NCBI GenBank assembly: GCA_024636255.1
Contig: JAGXHK010000161.1
Coordinates: 1-54,283, forward strand
Direction of reading: 5' to 3'
DNA from: Desulfuromonadales bacterium
GTDB taxonomy: Bacteria > Desulfobacterota > Desulfuromonadia > Desulfuromonadales > Geoalkalibacteraceae
Length of the DNA stretch: 54,283 nucleotides
A model generated the notes under the pieces. The model saw only the letters and a list, made by a program, of their open reading frames with translations, ran no database searches and was not told where the DNA came from. A program made the translations under genes and the position numbers. This document shows, piece by piece, positions 1-8,407 of the stretch. The first letter of the stretch is position 1. The number at the start of each line of letters is the position of its first letter.

Positions 1-980
1 AAGGGAAGGAGATCTTCGTGACGGCGAGTATCGGTATTGTGGTTTATCCGCTCGATGGGCGCGACCGCACAACCCTGATGCGCCATGCAGATCTGGCCAT
101 GTACGCCGCGAAGGCACACGGCAGGAACAATTTTCAATTCTACTCCGATGAGATGAACGTCAAGGCGCGTGAGCGCAATGCTCTCGAGGTGGATTTGCGT
201 CGCGCCCTCGCGGCCGGTGAATTCTTTCTTCACTATCAGCCGCAATTCGATCTGAAAAACGCAAAGATCATCGGCACCGAGGCTCTTCTGCGCTGGCAGC
301 ATGAGAAAAAGGGGATTCTCATGCCTCGAGATTTTCTAAAGCTCGCGGAAGAAAATGGGTTGATCCGACCGATCGGAGAATGGATTTTGCGCGAAGCCTG
401 TCTTCAGAAGGCCCGTTGGCTGGCCATGGATATGGATACCGGCTATATGGCGATCAATATTTCAGGTCATCAGTTGCGCGAACCGGATTTTATCGATGTG
501 GTTGACAGAACGCTCGAAGACACCGGGGTGGATCCAGGCCTGCTTGATCTGGAGCTGACAGAGAAAGTCCTGATGGAATCCGCGCAGTATACCCTTGAAA
601 CATTGACGGATTTTAAAGTCCGGGGCATCAGCCTGACGATCGACGATTTCGGGACGGGCTACTCCTCGTTGAGTTATCTGAAAAACTTTCCGGTGGACAA
701 AATCAAGATCGCCCAGGATTTTGTGGGCAACCTGCCCGGGGATCCGGACAATGCGGCTATCGCCGAAACCATTATTCTGATGGCCCGCAGCCTGGATCTG
801 AACGTGATGGCCGAGGGCGTCGAAAATATGCAGCAGGTTGAATTTCTGCGTCGTCATGGCTGCCACGCAATGCAGGGCTATCTGCTCGGAGCCCCGGCTC
901 CGGGTGGCGAGATGCAAGATCATTTCAGGCGTTCCGGCAGGCCAGCTGCTGCCGCCACCTCTCGCAAGACCTCGCCATAA
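1..980 (+). CDS. GGDEF-EAL c-di-GMP signalling protein, C-terminal part (5' end outside window)
   Basis: Frame is open from nt 3 (GKEIFVTASIGIVVYP.., the end of a GGDEF domain). It continues into a complete EAL domain with EALLRW, DDFGTGYSSLSYL and EGVE motifs. Stop at 978-980. Confidence 0.85.
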   Translation, partial: GKEIFVTASIGIVVYPLDGRDRTTLMRHADLAMYAAKAHGRNNFQFYSDEMNVKARERNALEVDLRRALAAGEFFLHYQPQFDLKNAKIIGTEALLRWQHEKKGILMPRDFLKLAEENGLIRPIGEWILREACLQKARWLAMDMDTGYMAINISGHQLREPDFIDVVDRTLEDTGVDPGLLDLELTEKVLMESAQYTLETLTDFKVRGISLTIDDFGTGYSSLSYLKNFPVDKIKIAQDFVGNLPGDPDNAAIAETIILMARSLDLNVMAEGVENMQQVEFLRRHGCHAMQGYLLGAPAPGGEMQDHFRRSGRPAAAATSRKTSP

Positions 981-1054
981 TAAATTAGGTTTTTCCGGCA
1001 CTGCAGCGGGCCTTTCTCAATTGACAACATCGGCGCTCGGGATAACCTTTTGCT

Positions 1055-2389
1055 ATGGAAAGATTCCCCAAGGTTATCTTCTGTCTCGTTCTGTTCCTCT
1101 GCCTCGCCATGGTCCCGGCAGCTTCTTCTGCCGATCAAGGGGCCGATGCGGGCTCCGGGGTTTTTCGCGTGGTACAGGTAGCTGGCGCGATCAACCCTGT
1201 TGTCGCTCGCTTTATCGCCGGCGAGTTGGCCCTGGCCAACCGTGAAGACGCCCGCGCATTTTTACTGGAACTCGATACCCCGGGCGGGCTCGACACCGCC
1301 ATGCGCGAAATCATTCAACAGATATTCGGCTCAGAAATCCCTGTCATCGTCTATGTCTACCCGCAAGGCGCGCGCGCCGCTTCGGCAGGAGCGTTGATCA
1401 CGCTGGCCGCCGATTTCGCCGCCATGGCTCCCGGAACCAATATCGGCGCCGCGCATCCCGTTGCCGTCGGTGGGGGGCAGGCGGATGAGACCATGATGGA
1501 GAAGGTCGTGAGCGATGCGGTGGCGTATGTGCGCAGCATTGCTGAGCAGCGCGGACGCAACAAGGATTGGGCTGAGCGCATCGTGCGCGAAAGCATCTCC
1601 ACCCCGGCGCACGAGGCGCTCGATCTTGGGGTGATTGATCTTGTCGTGGCCAGCGAGGCGGAACTGCTCGCCGAACTCGACGGTCGGCGCTATCTGCGCG
1701 GGGGCGAGCCCCGCATTTTGCGAACCGACGGGGTTGTGCTCGAGCGCGCCGAGATGAACTGGCGCCAGCAGATCCTGAACACAATCAGCAATCCGAATGT
1801 GGCGTACCTGCTGCTGATGCTCGGATTTCTCGGGATTTTCTTCGAGATTTCCCAACCCGGCGCGATCTTTCCCGGCGCGGTGGGTGCGGTGGCTTTGCTG
1901 CTGGCTTTCTTTGCACTTCAGACCCTGCCTATCAATTATGTCGGCGTGCTGCTGATTCTGCTCGCTGTCATCCTCTTCATCCTCGAGATTAAAGTTCCCT
2001 CTTACGGCATGCTGACAATTGGGGGAATCCTGTCCATGGCTCTTGGTTCCCTGATGCTCATCGACACCTCGGAGCCGTATATGCAGATATCACGTGCCGT
2101 CATCCTCGCCACGGTCGCCGTAAGCGCCGGGTTCTTTATCCTGATCGTCTTTTTTGTCGCCAGGGATCAGGGCCGGCGCATGGTTTCGGGCCGTGAGGGG
2201 ATAGCTGGAGAAACAGGTCAGGCGGTTACGGATATCGATGCCGAGGGCGGACGCGTCTTCGTGCATGGTGAATACTGGGATGCCTTTTCCCGGACACGGA
2301 TCGCTTCCGGAGAAAAAATCGAGGTCTTACGCATGCTGTCGGGGTTGCGCCTTGAGGTCAGGGCTGTCCAGGGCGAAGAAAAGGCTTAA
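1055..2389 (+). CDS. NfeD-family membrane-bound ClpP-class serine protease
   Basis: 444 aa with a signal peptide, a ClpP-like protease domain, a central block of TM helices and a C-terminal NfeD-type soluble domain. It directly precedes an SPFH gene, the classical NfeD/stomatin pair. Confidence 0.8.
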   Translation: MERFPKVIFCLVLFLCLAMVPAASSADQGADAGSGVFRVVQVAGAINPVVARFIAGELALANREDARAFLLELDTPGGLDTAMREIIQQIFGSEIPVIVYVYPQGARAASAGALITLAADFAAMAPGTNIGAAHPVAVGGGQADETMMEKVVSDAVAYVRSIAEQRGRNKDWAERIVRESISTPAHEALDLGVIDLVVASEAELLAELDGRRYLRGGEPRILRTDGVVLERAEMNWRQQILNTISNPNVAYLLLMLGFLGIFFEISQPGAIFPGAVGAVALLLAFFALQTLPINYVGVLLILLAVILFILEIKVPSYGMLTIGGILSMALGSLMLIDTSEPYMQISRAVILATVAVSAGFFILIVFFVARDQGRRMVSGREGIAGETGQAVTDIDAEGGRVFVHGEYWDAFSRTRIASGEKIEVLRMLSGLRLEVRAVQGEEKA

Positions 2390-2427
2390 TGCCGGCATCG
2401 CCGGCGACTTTCGGAGGAGGTTTGCAC

Positions 2428-3222
2428 ATGGGGCTGCCAATGAGCATCGGTTGGATTGTCGTTCTGGCTCTTGTCGTGATCATCATCGTGAGTGCGGTTC
2501 GCATTCTTTACGAATACGAGCGGGGCGTTGTCTTTCGCCTCGGGCGCTTCTCGAATGTCAAAGGCGCCGGCCTGCGATTCATTATCCCCGGTATCGATAA
2601 GATGATCAAAATCAGTCTGCGCACCATCGCCATGGATGTGCCTCCGCAGGACGTTATCACCAAAGATAATGTCTCGATCAAGGTCAATGCGGTTCTCTAT
2701 TTCCGGGTGGTCAGCCCCGAAAAGTCGCTCATAGAGGTCGAAAACTACCTCTATGCCACAAGTCAGCTTGCGCAGACCTCGCTGCGCAGTGTGCTCGGCC
2801 AATCGGATCTTGACCAGTTGCTCGCCGAACGCGACCAGCTCAACCAGCACCTGCAGCAGCTTCTCGACCGTCAGACCGATCCCTGGGGTGTGAAAGTTTC
2901 CAATGTCGAGATAAAGCATGTCGATCTGCCGGTTGAAATGCAGCGCGCCATGGCCCGTCAGGCGGAGGCCGAGCGTGAGCGGCGTTCCAAGGTGATTCAC
3001 GCCGAGGGTGAATTCCAGGCGTCGAAAAAACTCGCGGATGCAGCGCGCATTCTCTCGACAGAAGAGGGCGCGCTGCAGCTGAGATTTCTTCAGACGCTCA
3101 CCGAAGTTTCAGCGGAGAAGAACTCGACCATCATTTTCCCTCTGCCGATCGATCTGCTGCGCCCCTTTATGGACAAGGCGCAGAAGACGGTTGAGAAGAT
3201 AGAAAAATCATCCAATACATGA
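2428..3222 (+). CDS. SPFH/band-7 (stomatin-like) membrane protein
   Basis: ORF 2389-3222. The ATG at 2428 is preceded by GGAGGAGG. One N-terminal TM helix, then an SPFH domain ([11 protein letters not shown].., charged AEAERERR coiled tail). Confidence 0.85.
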   Translation: MGLPMSIGWIVVLALVVIIIVSAVRILYEYERGVVFRLGRFSNVKGAGLRFIIPGIDKMIKISLRTIAMDVPPQDVITKDNVSIKVNAVLYFRVVSPEKSLIEVENYLYATSQLAQTSLRSVLGQSDLDQLLAERDQLNQHLQQLLDRQTDPWGVKVSNVEIKHVDLPVEMQRAMARQAEAERERRSKVIHAEGEFQASKKLADAARILSTEEGALQLRFLQTLTEVSAEKNSTIIFPLPIDLLRPFMDKAQKTVEKIEKSSNT

Positions 3223-3498
3223 TGTGAAAAGCCGGACAGCAAAGGGGTGGGAGCGCTTGTCTACCCAGTTTGTCGACATATGTTTGCGAAATCTGGTAAA
3301 AACGGCGAACGGAAGTAACCCAGCTGAGTGATTTCGGCATGTTGTTAAGTAAAACAAGATTTTATCTTGACTCTTAAAGGGGCCTTTGCTTAGATGATGA
3401 AAATTCTGAAACGAGCATAAATATTTAAAATTGCTGAAAAATTTAAGCGAAGTTAAAATTTTGAAGCCAAAATAATCGTTTCATTTTTTCATCCGGCG

Positions 3499-3667
3499 CT
3501 AGCAGTCTGTCGGAGTATTCATGAGCCGGCTGCAAATCCGGCTGTTTGGCCCATATTTCAGCTCCTTTTTGGTCCATAGCTACGGCTATGAACCTGCAAA
3601 GGAGCTAAAATCTGTTCTCAAATATCCAGATTTTCGCTTCGGCCCGCATAGTCCGACAGACTGCTAG
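3499..3667. repeat. 169-bp rod-like inverted-repeat element bounded by CTAG (MITE-like, or a structured leader RNA of pyc)
   Basis: Perfect 16-bp terminal inverted repeat: CTAGCAGTCTGTCGGA (3499-3514) / TCCGACAGACTGCTAG (3652-3667). Nested internal stems: AGCCGG/CCGGCT 3524-3529/3538-3543, ATATTT/AAATAT 3553-3558/3620-3625, AGCTCCTTT/AAAGGAGCT 3560-3568/3598-3606, CATAGC/GCTATG 3575-3580/3585-3590. Confidence 0.6.
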
Positions 3668-3692
3668 GGGCTTGCCGCCAGGAGGAGGTTCA

Positions 3693-6600
3693 ATGGCAGT
3701 AAAAAAATTTAAAAAGGTCATGGCCGCAAACCGCGGTGAAATTGCTATCCGGATTTTTCGCGCCTGTACTGAACTCGGGATCAGCACCCTGGCCATCTAT
3801 TCGGAAGAAGATAAGATTTCCCTGCATCGCTATAAGGCCGATGAAGCTTATCTGATCGGCAAGGGCAAGGGGCCGATCGACGCCTATCTGGCCATCGACG
3901 AAATCATCGACCTGGCCCGCAAGAAAGATGTCGATGCCATTCACCCGGGCTATGGGTTTCTTTCTGAAAATGCCGAGTTCGCCGAAGCATGCGAGAGAGC
4001 TGGAATCGCATTTATCGGGCCCACGCCGGATATCCAGCGGCGGCTCGGCGATAAGGTGTCCGCGCGTCAGGTCGCAATCGAGGCCGGCGTGCCGATCGTG
4101 CCGGGGACGGAGAAACCGATAACCGCCGAAGAAGAGGCCTTGCTTTTCGCCAAGGAAGCCGGCTACCCGATCATCGTCAAGGCCGCTGCCGGCGGAGGAG
4201 CGCGCGGCATGCGCGTGGCGCGCAATCAGCGCGAGTTGCTCGAAGGGCTCAAGTCGGCGGCCTCTGAGGCCAACGCTGCGTTCGGCAATCCTTCAGTTTT
4301 TCTGGAGAAATATCTGGAGAAACCCAAGCATATCGAAGTGCAGATTCTTGGCGACCGGCACGGCAACATCTACCATTTCTTCGAGCGGGACTGCTCCATT
4401 CAGCGTCGTCACCAGAAAGTTATCGAAATGGCCCCGTCCTTGGGTCTGGAGGAGAAAACCCGTGTCGCCATCTGCGAGGCGGCGATGAAGATCGCCCGCG
4501 CCGTCGATTATATCAATGCCGGGACGGTCGAATTCCTGCTGGATCAGAACGGGGATTTTTACTTTATCGAGACCAATCCCCGCATTCAGGTTGAACATAC
4601 CGTGACCGAAATGGTGACCGCGCGCAATCTGGTGCAGATGCAGATCCGGGTGGCCGAAGGGTTCAAGATGTCCGACCCCGAGATCGGCATCACCGACCAG
4701 AGCGAAATCGAACTGCGCGGCTTCGCGATTCAGTGCCGGGTGACGACGGAAGATCCACAGAACAGCTTTGCGCCCGATTTCGGCACGATCAAGGTTTACC
4801 GGACCGCAGCCGGTTTCGGCGTGCGCCTCGATGCCGGTCAGGGCTATGCCGGCGCGAAGATTACGCCATTTTATGACTCGATGCTGACCAAGATTACCGC
4901 TTTCGGCCGATCATTTCCCGATGCCTCCCGCACGATGCACCGCGCGTTGCAGGAGTTTCGCATCCGCGGGGTGAAGACCAATATCGGGTTCCTTGAAAAC
5001 GTGATCACGCACCCGACGTTCGTGGCCGGCAAGTGCGACACCAATTTCATCGACAATCATCCGGAGCTTTTCCGGATTTCGGCCAAGCTCGATCGCGCCA
5101 GTAAAATGCTCAGCTACATCGGTCACGTTACAGTCAACGGTTATCCTGGCATCAAGCAGCCGCTGAAGACCCGGGAGCTGCGTGAACCTGACGTTCCCGA
5201 AATCCCTTATGGTACGGCAAGACCGAGGGGAAGCCGTGACATTCTGCGCGAGAAAGGCGCGGAGGGGCTTGCGCTGTGGGCCAAAAAGGAAAGAAAGCTG
5301 CTCATCACCGATACGACCATGCGCGATGCCCATCAATCGCTGATGGCGACGCGCTTTCGCACCCATGATCTTGACCGTATCGCCGAAGCGACCAGTTACC
5401 TTGGCGGCGGACTTTTTTCACTGGAGATGTGGGGCGGTGCCACCTTTGATGTGTCGATGCGCTTTTTGCGCGAAGACCCCTGGGAGCGCCTCGATCGCTT
5501 GCGTGCGAAGATTCCCAATATCCTTTTTCAGATGTTGCTGCGTGGTTCGAACGCCGTCGGTTATACGAATTATCCTGACAACGTGGTGCAGGAATTTGTC
5601 AAGAAAGCAGCGGGAAGCGGAATCGATGTTTTTCGCATTTTCGATTCATTGAACTGGACCAGGGGGATGGCGGTCGCCATGGACGCGGTGCGCGATAACG
5701 GAGCCATCTGCGAGGCCGCCATGTGCTATACGGGGGATATTCTCGATCCCAGGCGCGATAAATATCCGCTTCAGTATTACGTGAACCTGGCCAAAGAACT
5801 GGAGCAGATGGGGGCTCATATTCTCGGCATCAAGGACATGGCTGGACTTCTCAAACCCTTTGCCGCCGAAAAGCTGGTCAAGGCCCTGAAAAATGAAATC
5901 GGCATACCCATCCATCTCCATACGCATGACACCTCCAGCAACGGCGGGGCCATGCTGCTGGTCGCCGCCCAAGCCGGGGTGGATATCGTCGATACCGCCC
6001 TCTCTTCGGTATCCGGTCTGACTGCGCAGCCGAATCTGAACGCCCTGCTGGCAGCGCTCGACGGCACGATCTGGGATCCCAGGCTCGACGAAGCCGGCCT
6101 GCAGATGCTGGCCAATTACTGGGAGACGGTTCGTAATTATTATGCGCCATTTGAATCCGAGCTGCGCAGCGGCACTGCACAGGTCTACTATCACGAGATT
6201 CCCGGTGGCCAGTATTCGAATTATAAGCCTCAGGTGGAGGGTCTCGGTCTCGGTCACCGCTGGGAGGAGTGCAAGGAGATGTACCGCCAGGTCAACGATA
6301 TGTTCGGCGATGTAATCAAGGTGACGCCCTCCTCGAAGATCGTTGGCGACATGGCCATGTTCATGGTGCAGAACAATCTGCAGCCCGACGATGTCTACGA
6401 ACGTGGGCAGGATCTGACCTTTCCGCAGGGGGTGGTCGATTTCTTCAAGGGAATGATCGGCCAACCCTATGGCGGATTTCCGGAGAAATTGCAGAAGATC
6501 ATCCTTAAAGGCGAGGAGCCGCTCACATGCCGCCCCGGAGAATTGCTCGAGCCGGTCGATTTCGCAGCGAAGAAGGTGGAATTGGAGCAAAAACTCGAGC

Positions 6601-7139
6601 ATGAAGTGTCCGAGCGCGACGTCATCTCGGCAACTCTATATCCGGGGGTGTTCGAAGAATTCGATCGCCATCGCCAGGAATACGGCGACACCTCGGTTCT
6701 GCCGACGCCCTTCTTCTTCTATGGTCTGGATGTCGGCGACGAGGTGAACATCGATATCGCGCCGGGTAAGACGTTGATCGTCAAACTCAACGCGGTCGGC
6801 AGTCTGCAAAAAGACGGCACCCGCAATATTTACTTCGAACTCAATGGCGAGCCGCGCCAGGTCACGGTTCCGGATCTTTCCGTGAAGGCTGACGAGGCGG
6901 CGCACCAGAAAGCCGACAAAACGAATTTCAAGCAGGTCGGAGCGCCGATGCCGGGCAAAGTCTTCAAGCTCCTCATCCGTGTCGGCGACGAGGTCAAGGA
7001 GGGGGATACCCTGGTGACCACCGAAGCGATGAAGATGGAGACCAATATCAAGGCCAGGACCGATGGGAAAGTGACGGATATCTTTTTCAGCGAAGGCGAT
7101 CAGGTTCAGCAGGGCGATCTGGTCGCGGTCCTCGAATAA
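3693..7139 (+). CDS. pyc: pyruvate carboxylase, single-chain type
   Basis: ORF 3672-7139. The ATG at 3693 lies 5 nt after GGAGGAGG. N-terminal biotin carboxylase (ATP-grasp), a central carboxyltransferase domain (HLHTHDTSS) and a C-terminal biotinyl domain with the EAMKME motif. Confidence 0.95.
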   Translation: MAVKKFKKVMAANRGEIAIRIFRACTELGISTLAIYSEEDKISLHRYKADEAYLIGKGKGPIDAYLAIDEIIDLARKKDVDAIHPGYGFLSENAEFAEACERAGIAFIGPTPDIQRRLGDKVSARQVAIEAGVPIVPGTEKPITAEEEALLFAKEAGYPIIVKAAAGGGARGMRVARNQRELLEGLKSAASEANAAFGNPSVFLEKYLEKPKHIEVQILGDRHGNIYHFFERDCSIQRRHQKVIEMAPSLGLEEKTRVAICEAAMKIARAVDYINAGTVEFLLDQNGDFYFIETNPRIQVEHTVTEMVTARNLVQMQIRVAEGFKMSDPEIGITDQSEIELRGFAIQCRVTTEDPQNSFAPDFGTIKVYRTAAGFGVRLDAGQGYAGAKITPFYDSMLTKITAFGRSFPDASRTMHRALQEFRIRGVKTNIGFLENVITHPTFVAGKCDTNFIDNHPELFRISAKLDRASKMLSYIGHVTVNGYPGIKQPLKTRELREPDVPEIPYGTARPRGSRDILREKGAEGLALWAKKERKLLITDTTMRDAHQSLMATRFRTHDLDRIAEATSYLGGGLFSLEMWGGATFDVSMRFLREDPWERLDRLRAKIPNILFQMLLRGSNAVGYTNYPDNVVQEFVKKAAGSGIDVFRIFDSLNWTRGMAVAMDAVRDNGAICEAAMCYTGDILDPRRDKYPLQYYVNLAKELEQMGAHILGIKDMAGLLKPFAAEKLVKALKNEIGIPIHLHTHDTSSNGGAMLLVAAQAGVDIVDTALSSVSGLTAQPNLNALLAALDGTIWDPRLDEAGLQMLANYWETVRNYYAPFESELRSGTAQVYYHEIPGGQYSNYKPQVEGLGLGHRWEECKEMYRQVNDMFGDVIKVTPSSKIVGDMAMFMVQNNLQPDDVYERGQDLTFPQGVVDFFKGMIGQPYGGFPEKLQKIILKGEEPLTCRPGELLEPVDFAAKKVELEQKLEHEVSERDVISATLYPGVFEEFDRHRQEYGDTSVLPTPFFFYGLDVGDEVNIDIAPGKTLIVKLNAVGSLQKDGTRNIYFELNGEPRQVTVPDLSVKADEAAHQKADKTNFKQVGAPMPGKVFKLLIRVGDEVKEGDTLVTTEAMKMETNIKARTDGKVTDIFFSEGDQVQQGDLVAVLE

Positions 7140-7169
7140 CTCCGAACTCTACATCACCTATGGACAGTT

Positions 7170-7198
7170 GCCGGGCCCTTTTGGCCCGGCTTTTCTTT
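7170..7198 (+). terminator. intrinsic terminator after pyc
   Basis: GCCGGGCC-cuuuu-GGCCCGGC stem-loop followed by TTTTCTTT. Confidence 0.8.
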
Positions 7199-7270
7199 GC
7201 CCGGCCGCTCCATTCTATGCAACTCCATGCACTTGTGCTACTCTCAGCCTTATCGTGCCGGAGGTGAGTT

Positions 7271-8404
7271 TTGCATTTGCGATCCGTCGTTTTTCTGCTG
7301 CTTTTCGCCCTGGGAGTTTTCCCGGGACAAACCTTTGCCCAGGATTTGACACAGCGCCAGTGGATGACCGGTCTTGTCGAAAGTATGGGATGGTCCTTCG
7401 GTCTGCCCGACGACCCGGAGCTTGCCGATTATCTGCGTATTCTCGAAGGACGGCGCAGCCTGCGTATTGAAGCTGAAGAATACAAGCAGCCCACCGATCT
7501 CGTGTCGGTCAAGCGCTACGGGAATTTCGGGCCGTTCAGCGGTGAGGGGTGGGTGAGTGGGGTGGCCGCACCGACCACTTTGCATCTGCGCTTCCTCCTG
7601 CCCCTCTCCGGCACCTATCGTGTCAGCGCTGCGGTTCGGCTGCCCGGCCATCGGGTGAAGGTCGGCGGACAGAGTTTTGAGATCGATGGTGGAAGAGAGC
7701 TGACGGAGACCATGATCGGTGATGTGAAGCTCTCTGCCGGAATGCAGGAGATTGCCGTGCAACTGCCCCCCAACGGCGCCATAGATTTCATCGAACTCCA
7801 CGCTCCTGCCTATGTGCCCGTCGAACCGCGCGGCGGCTGGCAGCCGGACGCGCCGCTGCACCTCGACGATATGGCGGTCACGGCGGTGCAGGCGATGGGA
7901 ATTTTGGCTCAGCTTCCGCCGACCGGCCGGCAGATCCGGGTCGAAGCGGAAAGCGCCAGCCGGATAAGCGGCGTCGATCTGACCTCGACCCGCTATCTCG
8001 GTCCTCCCAGCAGCGGACGCTGGCTGCGCGCCGGCACGGGAGCCGGTCGCGTGATTCTCCCCTTCGATATCAACGTGACGGGTGCGTATCGACTGCAGTT
8101 GGTGGCGGTGGGTGAACAGGAGCTGGAATTCGAACTCGACGGGCGCTATCGCCGCGTCCTGCAAGCAGGCCCCTATCTCTCTGCGATCGCAGCCGGCGCT
8201 TTCCCTCTCGAGGCGGGAGAGCACCAGGTGCAGGTTGGTCTGGAGCCGCGGTCAGGTATCGATTTGATGATCCTGCATGAGCTCTCGAACGACTCCGAAA
8301 GCTATCGCCAGCTCGCCGGGCTGTCCGGAGTCGATGATTCGCCGACCCCTGAACTGATCGATCGCACGCTTGAACTGCTTGCCGCTATCGGTTCGTTGCG
8401 CTGA
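7271..8404 (+). CDS. secreted protein with two tandem beta-sandwich-like (CBM6/35-like) repeats, function unknown
   Basis: TTG start 6 nt after GGAGG (7260-7264). Signal peptide ending FAQ. Two internal ~120-aa repeats (LRIEAEEY..IDFIELH and IRVEAESA..IDLMILH). Its stop lies 3 nt before the comEC ATG. Confidence 0.7.
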   Translation: MHLRSVVFLLLFALGVFPGQTFAQDLTQRQWMTGLVESMGWSFGLPDDPELADYLRILEGRRSLRIEAEEYKQPTDLVSVKRYGNFGPFSGEGWVSGVAAPTTLHLRFLLPLSGTYRVSAAVRLPGHRVKVGGQSFEIDGGRELTETMIGDVKLSAGMQEIAVQLPPNGAIDFIELHAPAYVPVEPRGGWQPDAPLHLDDMAVTAVQAMGILAQLPPTGRQIRVEAESASRISGVDLTSTRYLGPPSSGRWLRAGTGAGRVILPFDINVTGAYRLQLVAVGEQELEFELDGRYRRVLQAGPYLSAIAAGAFPLEAGEHQVQVGLEPRSGIDLMILHELSNDSESYRQLAGLSGVDDSPTPELIDRTLELLAAIGSLR

Positions 8405-8407
8405 ACC

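Noticed and set aside
3605-3796. 63-aa minus-strand ORF crossing the inverted-repeat element and the pyc start
   Set aside because: It overlaps the pyc RBS and start in antisense and has no start signals.
5646-6602. Long antisense ORFs inside pyc. The same phenomenon occurs at 16873-18012 in icd, 19126-20148 in mdh, 20632-21327 in korA, 7250-8224, 38657-39952 and 43407-44729 in the pilY1 genes, and 52411-53673 in pilB.
   Set aside because: All lie fully opposite confidently identified genes, have low-complexity compositions and lack start-site signals. They are treated as non-coding shadow frames.
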